DNA of 64,000 nucleotides from Eukaryota sp. GEM-RC1 (lineage: Eukaryota): the NCBI GenBank assembly GCA_040285855.1, contig JAUFOQ010000001.1:3782001-3846000 (forward strand). Direction: 5' to 3'. The position numbers were made by a program, and so were the translations under genes. This document shows positions 34,284-46,019 of the stretch, in pieces. Under the pieces are notes generated by a model. It saw nothing but the letters and a program-made list of their open reading frames with translations, made no database searches and was not told the origin of the DNA. How positions within the stretch are numbered: position 1 is the stretch's first letter; each line of letters starts with the position of its first letter.

Positions 34284-35014
34284 TTTATTCTCGTGTAGTT
34301 CAAAGATCTCTAGAATTGGTGGAGATATTATTGAGCCCTTAATTTATTTAATTTTGTTTGATATTTCATATCTGAAAACCTCAACATTTGGCGAGCGATG
34401 TTTTTTTAATTATTTTGTTTTTAATTTTTCAGAAGGAACAGGTCCAAATTTTTAACAATCGGAATTACAACAAAGTTGTCCATACCATCCGCAAATCCAG
34501 AATGTAGACCCAAAGACCTTTCGTGTTGTCCTTGATGACGTGATAGATGACGTGATAGATTCCTTCAATGAAATGTCTTGTGTGTGAACATAAACTTGTT
34601 AAAAACGCAATCTTGTAAAGTTTTCTTATTTAGAAATGAAGCTCAATGACTTCAACGAAATCAGCATCACGTGTTTGAAAGATCTCAATCAAATACTTTG
34701 TTTCCAAAGTATTGAAGACAACTTCTTTGACACTATGTAACTAAAAATTGACTTCAAAACCAAACAAAATAAAAATATGTAATATATTTTTACTTGCACT
34801 TCTGAGCTGGTAACATTTTTTGTTCATACATGTACTAACATGTTTTTAATTTGTTAATAAATTGATTTGTTTCAGAATCTGAAAAAGATCGTTGTGAACA
34901 GGAACACATGTAATAAATTATTGAAGTTTTGAAAATTACATCAACCGCTCGTGCAGAGGTGTGGATGGTATGCACCAATTTTTACAGCGCGATTGTTATT
35001 AAACTATAGCTATC

Positions 35015-35440
35015 AAACAAACGGGTTTATGTCAAATCAGTGAAATAAATGCTTTTTTGGAAAAAAACTAATAACTAACAGACACTAACTAAAGTATCTA
35101 AACTATGATCCTTCTGTTCATCACCAAACAACTTACCTAAAATAGAATTAAATTATTTGTGCATTGAACGAAACAACGCAAACGTTAACCTACTCAACCA
35201 AAAATTTTCATTGAAAACTTTACCATACTCAGAACACAATTTACCAAAGGAAGTTAAAAAACCTTGTGCAGCTGGTCCAATACGAGTTTAACAAAACAAT
35301 CCATGCTTCGAAGAACTGTCGTGTCTTCATTATGGTCAATGGCCGAAAATTCATCATTAAGTACTTTTTGGGTAAAAGTAGAATTACAAGGATCAACTGT
35401 AGTAAAGTCCAGTTCAATGTCTTGAGAATTTCTCCACAGT
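35015..35440 (-). mobile_element. Internally deleted 3' fragment of CRE-like family B
   Basis: DFTTVDPCNS; GPAAQGFLTSFGKLCSEY..FNENFWLSRLTFALFRSM; 3' UTR similar to the array copies. Confidence 0.85.
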
Positions 35441-35513
35441 CCATTTAAATCACCAAACACTGTTGTGGATTACAGATCTCATATGAATAAATTTGTTTTT
35501 TAATAACGAAACC

Positions 35514-36413
35514 TTTATTAAAAACATTAAAATAAACACAAATACTAGAATTCAATATCATTAAAGCAACAATCATTGCCATTAAAACTCACATCAGCTT
35601 TTTTCTTCATAAAAAACACTGAGAGCTAATAGAGCTTTTGAAATCATGATAGGAATTGTTTTAAATATTGTAAAAACAATACGATTCCACCAAAATTTGA
35701 AATCAAATTTCTTGTTCATTCTTTTTTTTGACCACTTTCTCAAAATCAGAGAGAAAACAAAGAGCATCTCTATCAAGTCGACCATAAATTGAAATTGCAA
35801 AAGGACATAATTTGTACTCAACATGTCTAATATGTTTGAGAGCAGTTAGTGTTTCATCATATTTGTTTCTCTTGTATTGTTCTGAAGAATTCAGTGGAGA
35901 AACTTCATTTTTAGCATCCTTGAATGCCCTTTTTTTGCAAACATCCACAGTAATCACATCAACAACGGTTAGTTCATCATTAACTGATGGAACTATAACA
36001 TCAGCTCTTCGTTTACCAAAAGTCTTATCAGAATCACTATTTTTTGAATTATTGATTTCCAGTGATCTCAACAGTGGCTCAACGAAAGATTCGATTTTGT
36101 AGGACTTACACATTGCATGAATTTGATCTCTAACAGCATCATGAATACAAGTTCTATAAGTAATGAAACGATTGCAACTCAATAGGTGAGAAAAAGTAAC
36201 TAATTTACCACATTTGCATTGAAGATCATTGGGTAAATTAGAGGGCCACAAGAAACATCGAAGTCTGAATGTTGTAGTCCATTGATGATCATTCAACAAC
36301 AAACCATAGATCTGAGGAATTTGGTGAATCAAAGCAACTGAAGAACTGTCCTTTAAATCGATTAATAAATTTGCGAAAGCTGGATTTTTTTCTTTGGCCG
36401 AGCCAAGTCGAAT
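35514..36413 (-). mobile_element. 5'-truncated CRE-like family A copy (zinc finger and endonuclease)
   Basis: Near-identical to 19193-20080. Confidence 0.92.
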
Positions 36414-36497
36414 AACTTGAGTTGAATAAATTTGATACAATTAACAACATGATTGAACGTGAAACCTAATCAATTGAAATTAATTCATTTTCTCAAC

Positions 36498-38348
36498 ATG
36501 GACTGCTTCGTCTGTTGCGAGTCCTTCAATCTATCTCAACGCGTTCCTCTTCTGATTTGTTCTTCCGGACACACATGCTGTTCTAAGTGTTTAGCATCAC
36601 TAAGGAATTGTCCAATCTGCCGTCTCGAGTGTACACAGGAGAGAAAAGTCAACTTCGCTTTACAAGAACTGATCAAAGCCTCTCGCGATGGTGAACTATG
36701 CCCGCAGATCCCCTCCGACCAGATCGTTCTTGGAGATAAGATCGCTGAAGGAGGATTTGCTGCTGTGTATGCTGCTGAATGGTACGATGTTCCCGTTGCT
36801 ATCAAAATGGTTTCTCTCTCGGAGAAAGGACGACTCCAACTCCAGAGAGAAATGAGTCTCCTCTTCAACCTAACACATCCCTCTATCCTACGTGTGTTTG
36901 GCATCACATACATCAATGATTCCATTGGCATCGTCATGGAAAAGGCTTCTTCTCCCATTCCCTCTCCAAGTTCTCTCTCCTCCACAACTCTTAGATATGC
37001 TAAGGAATTGTGTCAAGCTGTGAAGTTTCTCCATAGTAAATCAATTGTTCATGGAGATCTGAAGCCAGGTAATGTATTAATCGTAAATGATAGAGTTCGA
37101 ATTGCTGATTTCGGTACCTCTAGAAATATTGAATCTACGTCAACAGTACCAAGAACTGGAGCAATGACTGTTCGTTATGCCGCTCCAGAGCAGTTTGATA
37201 ACAAGATCTCTCCTCAAAGTGATATCTATTCACTTGGAATTGTTATGTATGAATCATTCCAAAACCAGGAAGCTTTTAAAGGAATGAACCAATATGCCAT
37301 TATGGGTGCTAAATGTGGCGGTAAACCGTTGCCTTTTGATAGATCTTTGCCTTCAAGTTTACGTAACGTCATCAATCAATGTCTTCAGTCTGATCCAATT
37401 CTTAGACCTAAAATTTCAGAAATTTTAAGAATTTTAGAAAGTTTAAATGTCCGTGATTCCCCTCAACAACTTGATCAAGCTTTATTTCTAGAAGAATTTG
37501 AATCTCTTAAAGTCAAAAACCAAGCTCAAAATGATCAAAGTCGACTTCTACAAGCTAAGCTTATGCAGATGGACAAAGAAATTGATTGCTTAAAGAATGA
37601 AAATTTTCAACTTTCACAACAACAATCAAAAGTGATTAATGATTTAGAAACTAAATTCCAACTGGAGAAACAATCTTTAATTCAAACTAATACTCAATTA
37701 CAGGAAGAAAACCACTCTTTAAAGGAACAACTTCTTGAAAGTCGTCAAGATCAGCCTAGAAGCTCAATCTTTTCTTTTCTAAAGATCTCTAGAATGTCGG
37801 CTAAACGTCCAATTAATTCAATTAATGGCCCTTTTGGTTTAATTCCTGATTCTAGAAGTGAAAGAAACTCTTCCACTACAATGTCTTTTTCTCCTCAGCA
37901 TAAACATTCTGATATTGTTATATCGAACTCTGGTAAGAGGATTTCCTTCAGTGGAAGTACTGGGTGGCGTTCAATTCTAGGTGATAAACCCTTGGTGAAA
38001 GGAGGTGTTTATAAGTGGAAAGTTAGGTATCAGAGTAGTGGTGATTATTGTGTAGTTATTGGAATTGTTCTACTTAAGAACTTTAATTCTTCATCTCAAC
38101 TAGGTAACATGACTAATTCAAAGTGTATCTGGAGCGACTACAAAGAAAACTTCTCAGGTTCATTTTCTGAGTGGAAAACTGGTGATGTACTAGAATTAAC
38201 TGCTGACATGAGGAATATTACTTTCTCAATCAAGGAAATCAATTCTGGATATATTGACGTGAGTACGAACTTTGATGACGTGGATGATGTTTATTATCCT
38301 GTTTTCTATATTTATGACTCTTCTCACGTCATTGAAATCGTTGATTGA
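36498..38348 (+). CDS. RING finger - TKL-type protein kinase - coiled coil - SPRY protein
   Basis: CFVC..CSSGHTCC.KC..CPIC RING; IAEGGFA, VAIK, HGDLKPGN, DFG, APE, DIYSLG kinase motifs; C-terminal SPRY. Confidence 0.92.
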   Translation: MDCFVCCESFNLSQRVPLLICSSGHTCCSKCLASLRNCPICRLECTQERKVNFALQELIKASRDGELCPQIPSDQIVLGDKIAEGGFAAVYAAEWYDVPVAIKMVSLSEKGRLQLQREMSLLFNLTHPSILRVFGITYINDSIGIVMEKASSPIPSPSSLSSTTLRYAKELCQAVKFLHSKSIVHGDLKPGNVLIVNDRVRIADFGTSRNIESTSTVPRTGAMTVRYAAPEQFDNKISPQSDIYSLGIVMYESFQNQEAFKGMNQYAIMGAKCGGKPLPFDRSLPSSLRNVINQCLQSDPILRPKISEILRILESLNVRDSPQQLDQALFLEEFESLKVKNQAQNDQSRLLQAKLMQMDKEIDCLKNENFQLSQQQSKVINDLETKFQLEKQSLIQTNTQLQEENHSLKEQLLESRQDQPRSSIFSFLKISRMSAKRPINSINGPFGLIPDSRSERNSSTTMSFSPQHKHSDIVISNSGKRISFSGSTGWRSILGDKPLVKGGVYKWKVRYQSSGDYCVVIGIVLLKNFNSSSQLGNMTNSKCIWSDYKENFSGSFSEWKTGDVLELTADMRNITFSIKEINSGYIDVSTNFDDVDDVYYPVFYIYDSSHVIEIVD

Positions 38349-38384
38349 TTGTTGGTATTTGTATAAATATTTTGGATGTTAATG

Positions 38385-38414
38385 TGTAGAATTCGTTGAA
38401 AAACGAATTCTACA
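38385..38414 (+). other. Perfect 13-bp stem with GAAA tetraloop in the 3' UTR of the kinase-SPRY gene
   Basis: TGTAGAATTCGTT-GAAA-AACGAATTCTACA. Confidence 0.9.
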
Positions 38415-38454
38415 ACTCGTTTTTATTTGTTTTTGAATAAACTGGAAACACCAA

Positions 38455-38700
38455 TCTTTGTGAAGATTGTAAAAGAAAAAACATCTAGGACTTTTGATCT
38501 TAGATTTTGGAAAAGTCGAATCGTGTTTGCTATCTTTAAAAGTATGGTGACTTCTGTATCTAGCGCTTTATTATCTCTTAGCAGACATTATGAGGATAAG
38601 GTAGGTGAGAATTTCCAGTTAGGTAATCTGGACTTTGAGGATATTGATTATTAGATGTATGTACATTGTAGTGTTATTGTCTATTGCATTTAGAATAAAT
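38455..38700 (+). mobile_element. 3' fragment of CRE-like family C
   Basis: SRTFDLRFWKSRIVFAIFK...LDFEDIDY*, matching the family C end in the array. Confidence 0.88.
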
Positions 38701-39058
38701 AATTCGACAAAAAAAGAAACACCAAAGTTGTAAATTATTGGATTGATGCAATTACACGAATCCTTAAAGAAATCAAATTTTTATAAACTCAATTTTGGGA
38801 AAGTTTCAAAATTTCAACACATGAATGCCTAAAATAGAGAAAAGAACAAAAGATAAATTAAACACACGTTATAATCCCACGAAAATTCTAAATTAAACCC
38901 CGATATTCAGCTTCAAGACTTTTATAAAGACTTTTGTCTATTTTTTATCCTTTTTGATGACGTAACTTCCACGTCATCAATATCTTCAGAGTTTGATTTT
39001 GAACCGTTAGCTTCCGAAAACCTTTCAAAAACAGAAGATTCATTTACCTGAAGTGAAC

Positions 39059-40627
39059 TCAAATGTCCCAAGAACTTTTCGAATGAACAAAAGCCTGGAA
39101 TAATTTGAATAAAGATTCAATTTCAGCATTTAAATTTTTCTGTCGATGTATTGCTGGTGACAATGTTTTCAAAAATACACACCCACTTGTGTCTGCCAAA
39201 ACCAAAATATCTTTGAAAAATGAAATTTTGACAACAGATGCTGATGAAATACTTACAGAAAATACCGCTGTCGAAATTGATTGCAGAGAAAAATCCCAGC
39301 ACTCAATCACTCCATCATTTCGACCGACAATCAAAATTGATGGCTTGATTGGTGAGAAACAAACAGAAATTCTTCCTGAAGGTCCGATTGGAGGTCTAAA
39401 TACAACATAATCATCAAAAATAATGTAACAATTTTGACCATCAGCAACCGCCACCAAACCAGGAATAAAAGTGGAGACTGAAATCGAGACAACAACTGAA
39501 ATATTTAAATTTTTGGACATTCGAAAAACGGCATCATCAGGAATATGATCGTGAACTTTGGACAAATCTAGAACTAAATAATCACTATTTTCTGTAATCA
39601 AAAATGAATGTTGATCTCCTTGACTTTCAATTATAATTGATTGAGCGACAGACACCATATCACTGGAATTCCTATGCAAATCTAAATGAAGAAGAGACAA
39701 TGGAATAGTTTGTTTTAAAATAATTGACGTGAAATCTTCAGAAATTTGCCAATATTTTAAATTTCCTTCTCCTCCTAATGAAACCAATGTCCTTCGATCA
39801 ATCCACTGTAAAGTTCTTCCCCAATGATCATGTCTATCAGTCACACTACAAGAAATTGGAATTGATGGATTTAAAAGTGAAAGGTCATAAACTAAAAGGA
39901 AACCATTAGCTGTGAGTGAAGCTAACAGAGGTAACTTTCCTGTTTCGAAAACAGCAAGTGACGTGATCAGAGAGGTTGATTGCAGGACAAACCTAGGTAC
40001 CATCGTGTCATTACAATCCCAGACTAAAGAGTAGTACAACTGCCCCCTGAAACTGGAAGAGATGTACGTAGAGAGAGTGAAGGGGGAAGAGTAGGAGACG
40101 AAGATGAAGTCCTTGGAGGTAGCCATGGCTGAAACAACATGGTTAGTTGAGTGAGTGAAATCAGTGAAAGAGTGGAGGTCTCGGACAGGAAGAGAAGAGA
40201 ATTGATCCTCCTCGAGGTGGAGAAGAAGCTCAGCATGGTGGTCGTCGGTGGAGGAGGGAAGAACGAGGGGTTTGGTAAGGGTGTTGATGGATAGGATCGG
40301 GTCTAGGAGGTTGGTGGATTTGAGAAGGAAAGAAGAGAGAAGAGGTGCAGAGAGCTCGTCAGGATCATCTAACTTGAGAACAGCTTCGTAATTGGTGGAT
40401 TTGTCAGTGGTGACACACCAGTGAGATTGGACGGATACGGTTTTAGTGAGAGGAATTTCAGTTGAAACATATTGATCGTTAACTAGGGAAGTTACTGTAT
40501 CATTGGGTGCTGGAATAGAACGAGCGTCAACAAAACATTCAGCTGCACCTCTGTTTTTAAGTATAAGTTTCCTATTGAACAAGGGTGTAGGACGAGTAAA
40601 TTTGAAGACAAGTGACTGAGAAGACAT
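39059..40627 (-). CDS. WDR63/DNAI3 (IC140)-like axonemal dynein intermediate chain; C-terminus may extend past 39059 via a frameshift
   Basis: SFTD...VSAM, LVWD....P.F.L.S, FSP.KPS.L.VGR.DG.I..WD and L.LAD..G motifs. Confidence 0.6.
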   Translation of the reverse strand: MSSQSLVFKFTRPTPLFNRKLILKNRGAAECFVDARSIPAPNDTVTSLVNDQYVSTEIPLTKTVSVQSHWCVTTDKSTNYEAVLKLDDPDELSAPLLSSFLLKSTNLLDPILSINTLTKPLVLPSSTDDHHAELLLHLEEDQFSSLPVRDLHSFTDFTHSTNHVVSAMATSKDFIFVSYSSPFTLSTYISSSFRGQLYYSLVWDCNDTMVPRFVLQSTSLITSLAVFETGKLPLLASLTANGFLLVYDLSLLNPSIPISCSVTDRHDHWGRTLQWIDRRTLVSLGGEGNLKYWQISEDFTSIILKQTIPLSLLHLDLHRNSSDMVSVAQSIIIESQGDQHSFLITENSDYLVLDLSKVHDHIPDDAVFRMSKNLNISVVVSISVSTFIPGLVAVADGQNCYIIFDDYVVFRPPIGPSGRISVCFSPIKPSILIVGRNDGVIECWDFSLQSISTAVFSVSISSASVVKISFFKDILVLADTSGCVFLKTLSPAIHRQKNLNAEIESLFKLFQAFVHSKSSWDI

Positions 40628-40693
40628 GAAGTATATCGGTTAATGAGTGACAGAATTGGTTTGAAAGGACTTCAATGAACATCTTCTCCTCAA

Positions 40694-41050
40694 ATGGATC
40701 TTTCCAAGCTTGATTCTATAGCCTTTGAGTCTTCTGACGATGAAGATTCCTGTTCTGAGACTACTTCCTCTCTTCCTGATGAAAGCATTTCTGATGATCT
40801 GGACTCGATGATCTCAACTGCTTCTTCTCTCATGATCACTTCCAATTTGACCAAGTCACAAAAGTCTATAGAAGCCTACATAGACTCTATCTACATGCCT
40901 CTCAACAAACTACTGGTAATTTCTGGTCTTTCTTGTACCAAACAAACAACTAAAGTCACTAACCTTTCTGATAGTCTTAGTGCAGTGGACAAGAACCTGC
41001 AACGGACAATTTCAAATATTTCAAGTATTTCGATATGTAATGATAGATAA
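40694..41050 (+). CDS. Small acidic/coiled-coil hypothetical protein
   Basis: ATG-initiated 118-aa ORF with the C-rich 5' composition typical of host genes here. Confidence 0.6.
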   Translation: MDLSKLDSIAFESSDDEDSCSETTSSLPDESISDDLDSMISTASSLMITSNLTKSQKSIEAYIDSIYMPLNKLLVISGLSCTKQTTKVTNLSDSLSAVDKNLQRTISNISSISICNDR

Positions 41051-41170
41051 TATTGAGTATTTTTGAACAATTTATTCACTGTAAATAGAATTTCTAACAT
41101 ATATTACATGACCAAACTGAAACATTAAAATGACAATATTTTTACAATTTCCCTTTCAATTTAAATTATT

Positions 41171-44100
41171 TTAATACTTACCAACCTGTGGACAATTACA
41201 CCATGGACATTGCCGCGTTCTACTTGTCCAAGAATTCAAATCCTTGACTCCTGCTACCATTGAACATTCATTACAGCTCCATATTTCAGAAGTAGCTGAC
41301 AAAGGTGCTCCTGACGCAGCACACGGGGTAAACACTTCTTGACAAAAATTACAAGACATTCTACAGTCATAGATTAACTCGCCACAATTAGGACATGCTC
41401 TATTATTAGGTTCTGAACAAACTTCATCGGCCATTGACATTGTTAGAACGTATTGGCGTTGAGATTCCCTATCTTTAGTGCTAGCATAGTGTTTTGTTGG
41501 TACTTTAACATTAGTAAGAGGAATATCAGTGGAAATTAGATTGGAATTCTCAACAAATTCTGAACCATCATCCATGGCTTCAACTATATCTACATACTTA
41601 TCCAAAAACACCCACGCAGCGTTAGTCTCATTAGCTAGTTTACAGGCTTCACCAGCTTCAAAGAATAGCTTATCTGAAGGCAGAACATCGTTGAAGCGAA
41701 GTAGAGAGGTAAACAACTTGGCAGAAAGATTCAACAGTCCCATTTCCCTAGTTTCCTGACCTCTACAATACAAGTGACTCATCCATAGAAGAGATTCAAT
41801 GTTGGGAGAGAAAGATAAGTAGTCATGTGAGGTTTTTGATAGATTCCACATGGATAACAGGATTTGTCTCAGCATTGATGAGATAGGAAGTTGATTGAAA
41901 GGAGAGTTTTGATTTGCTGATAGAATTAGAACAGAGAGATTTTCAATCAAATCAACAGATTCCGTAGATATTTCAATTCCACATTGAGCTAACACTTCAA
42001 GACATTCGTTAATCTTATCATTTTTAAATAAATACTTACCATACTCATGACCAAAGAACCTCAAAGCTGAAGGGGATTGTTCAGCTAAAGTCCAAGCTCT
42101 TTTGAAATCACCAGAGTCGAGTAATTGAGATAATTCAGGGAAGTTAGAGTAAGTTTCGTATTGATCCTCATTATTTCCAATCAATGACGTGATATCTGCC
42201 TCTGATGGTAAAGAGATGGGCTCAGGAGAAGGTCTGAAAAGGGAAGGTGGTTGGTCGATTGGCCTTGATTTCGACTGGCACTCACGGACGTAATCAATCA
42301 GTTTTGATTGATGATGTTCTGCGACTCTCATGGCATTTACCCAATCTTTTTTGTCAATGTACATATCCACGGCTTCTCGAATACAATTACCACTAATTAG
42401 CAACTCCTCTGCTCTTTCAAAATTTGAATTTTTGGCAAAATTTCCAGCCAATGACGTGTAAACATAATTCAACATTGATGGCATTAACTTTTTGGCTGTA
42501 GATATAGCAACTTCCTCTAATTCTAATTCAACAGAAAACTCAATCGCTTGATCAACAAAACCTAAAGAAATCAACAAGTCAACTCCTGCTTGCCCACCCC
42601 TTTCCACTGCCCAACAATAGGCAACGTATCTACAAGCATTGGAACCGCCATACATTTTAGCTAAACCTAAAGCTTCTGACCAAAGGTGGTTAACTTGGTA
42701 CATGTTTACCGCAGACTTCCATTCCTTGGCTGATAGATAATGTTTCTCGGCTTCTTTAAATGATCCTGAAGCTTCCAGTTGTTTGGCGATTGACAAATGA
42801 GTTTCAGGAAGGAATTCCTTTCGATAGATTTTGACCAATCTAATCATGGAAGCAAAATCAGAAATCTTCTTGTACATATCAATTGCTAGATCTGCTTCAT
42901 TAACTGTAAGATATAGGTTTTCGGCTTCTTTGAAATTCTTTGAAATTTCTAAATTATTTGCATGTTCAACGTACAGTGCTTTCACTTCTTCAGGAGACAT
43001 GTGTTTTAAAGCACAGCGGTGAGCATCAGCCCAAAGAGCATTTCTAGTATACATTTCAACCGCTTTTTCTGGAAAACCTGCTTTTGAATAGTACATTTCT
43101 GCACGCTGAAAGTCAGAAGAATTTTCAAATTTCTCAGCAATAGAGTTAAATAAATACTGTTTTGTAATAAAAAGATATTGATCTGGATGATCTACTGTCG
43201 ACTCATTCTTTGACATATACTCTACAGCTTTAGCAACTGAACCTGCTCTTAACTCAGCATATGAAGCCATCAAATGAGCTCCACACTCAAGGAAATGGAA
43301 GGTGGCAGCTGATGGTTGATGACGTTCTAGGAGGTTGATTCCCCAATTGAGCTGTAATTGATTGACTGCTGAAGGATTGTGATGACTAGCGACTCTGATT
43401 GCGTCGTTAAAACACTTGCCATTTTCAAAACAGGAAAGTGCATTGTCGAATTGTTCTCCTTTCTCAAATAAAAGACCGGCAGTTTGGTAATCCTTGGACT
43501 CAATCAACGATGACGTGACGTGATCAATCAACTGAGTTTGATACCAAAGACTTTTTTCGGAAGATGACGTCAGCAGCTTTCTTGGGCTGCATGGCTTTAA
43601 TATAGAGATTAATTGCCTCTACAGAATCACCGTCATTCTCTTTAATTTCTGCCGCCAAAACTTCCTGTCCAGATTCAACGTAAATTTTAAATATTTCATC
43701 TTTGATTGTTGCCAGGGAAGGATGACTACATTCTTGTGCAATCTCTAATACTTTGGAGTGGAAACCTAGAGAAGAAAAGAGCTCAATCACTTCATCAATC
43801 AGACCCTGACCAATCAAAAGTGATTGACAACCTTCGACATCTCCTGAAAGGAGCAGTAGTTTCGCCATTGACTTGGGATCATCATACAAACTATTTAAAT
43901 TTTCCACGCTTTCTGAAATTTGATACAAATATTGAATTGTAGAGACATCTCCAAGAACACAACTACACTTATAGGCCAACAAAACCTCTTTCTTTTCAAA
44001 GCTTCGTCAAACAACTTCTTCCAAAGCACTTTGATCTGATTATCAACAATCAAACCTGATATGCAATCATAAGCAGATGATAGATTGCCAGATCTCATGG

Positions 44101-45974
44101 CAGTCGAGAAGTTAATCAAATCCTCATCAAGCACGTATACAACTTGACTCAATCCTTCTTCAACTACAACATCTGTCTTCCCATCAGTTCTTTCAATGTC
44201 AACAAGTTCCCCAGCAATGTCAATGGTGGTTATCTTGTCAGAACAGGAAGGATCGTACCAGACACACAATTGGGAGTCTGATTGAGCAACTATCACGTCA
44301 GCTTTAGGTACCCATTGAACGTACTGACAAGAGGGGATTAGTAACTGTTTGGTGACGTCATCATGGACAATCAAATCGTCATCACTTTCCTCATTCAAAC
44401 AGACAATAAAGAGCCCACCAGCTCGGTCTCTGAGTAGTAACTTGTCACCAAAGCAGTTGAGCTCTAACCAATCAATCGCTTCTGAGTGAGTGAGTGAAGC
44501 AACTTGGACAGTACCAGTATTGAGCTCGGGACAAGGTAGATCAATAACGGACAGAGTGTATGAATCTAAAAGATGAGCTACTCTACGTTTGGGAATGACT
44601 GACCTCGACGACTTTTTTGATTGTAAAGGCAGTGGAAACAAGATGTTGAGAAACCTTTTCAGTTCTGACTGTCAATGCCACGTCATTCTGACCTAGTTCG
44701 ACAAAGAGAAGCTCACCTGACACGTAAATCATTGCCATTCCACTATCTTCTTCGAAAATAAACCGTTCTCGGAAGGTTGCCTCCTCATTTAGGAAAGAAG
44801 TTTGCCAGGGAAGTTCTGAACAACTTTTGGTAAGTAAATCTGCTAGTAAAATTGATTCCCCAGTACGAGCTACTAGGAATCGATCTCTGAAAATTTTAAT
44901 TTTTGAAATTTCACCACCAAATGACGTTGACAGTTGGACTCTTTCACCAGAATCAACAAACTTTACAATTACACAAACTGGAGAGATATAAGTAAGCTCA
45001 AATCTACCATTTTTTAAGAAAATACGTTTTAAACACGCATCAAACACGTCAACAACACCTGATGATGTGGTGACGACAAGGCGTGACGAATCTCCTTTCC
45101 AGCACATTCTAGATATTGATTTGTAATTAACAAGAGATATTTCCTGTTTAAATGTCCACAAACTTCGACGATCATTAAAGGAAAAAAGAAACATTGAATC
45201 AAAAGAACCGACAATCAAAGTGTTTCTGGAAGGGGAAAGTGATAGACACGTGATCTGTCTGATTGAATTTGGAAGGGAAAGTGATTGAACCAAACTTCCT
45301 TGATTATTAATCACAGACAACTCCCTATTATCATCCAAAATGATCCAATTCTCACTATGAACAATAGCCAATGGAGTAGAAGAAAGCTTAGGAAGGGTGG
45401 CGTGGTTGGCAGACTTAAAAGACTGGTCAAAAGAGAATCTGTGGAGAGAACCATCCAAGTGACCAGAAAGGAAGGAGTAGCCGTCAGAAGCGAATCCAAG
45501 AGAGACAGCTGGAGAATCAGCTTTGAAGAGCTGCGTGTCTTTGTTGGTCTTGAGTTGTCCCATTCGAATGCTCCCACACTGAGTACTGAAGAAGAGTTGG
45601 TTTGGGGAAGTTGTAGGCCAAACGAGAGCTGTTACTGGAGAGGTAAGGATGAACTTGTTGCAGATAGACTTTCGGTCATCCCAATCGGTGCCAATGCGGT
45701 AAACAAAGACAGCACAGTCAGACTGGGCTATAGCAACACGTGAAGAATCTGGAGAGAAGGCGATATCACGGATGACGAAAGGTTTGGAGGACTTTTTGTC
45801 AGCAGGACGAGTTGAGAACTTGTCTCTCCATTCAAGATTGTCATCATAGAGGTTTATTACATTTTTCTCATCAGCAACAGCAAGACGGTGATTATCAGGG
45901 GACCAACAAAGACCACCAAAGAAAGAAACTGTTCCAGACCCTTGTTTTAGAGTTTGCCGGTGTTTGAGTTGCAT
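41171..45974 (-). CDS. IFT172: Intraflagellar transport protein 172; frameshifts at ~44615, ~43985, ~43535
   Basis: MQLKH start, RDKFSTRPAD, AFSPDS..AIAQSD..VFVY.IG.DW.D.KSICNKF, YVQWVP..DVIVAQS, many TPR-like repeats, C-terminal Cys cluster. Confidence 0.95.
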
Positions 45975-46019
45975 TACTGGTGAGGGTTTTTTTGAGAGTG
46001 AAGAATTGTTTTCTCCAAA

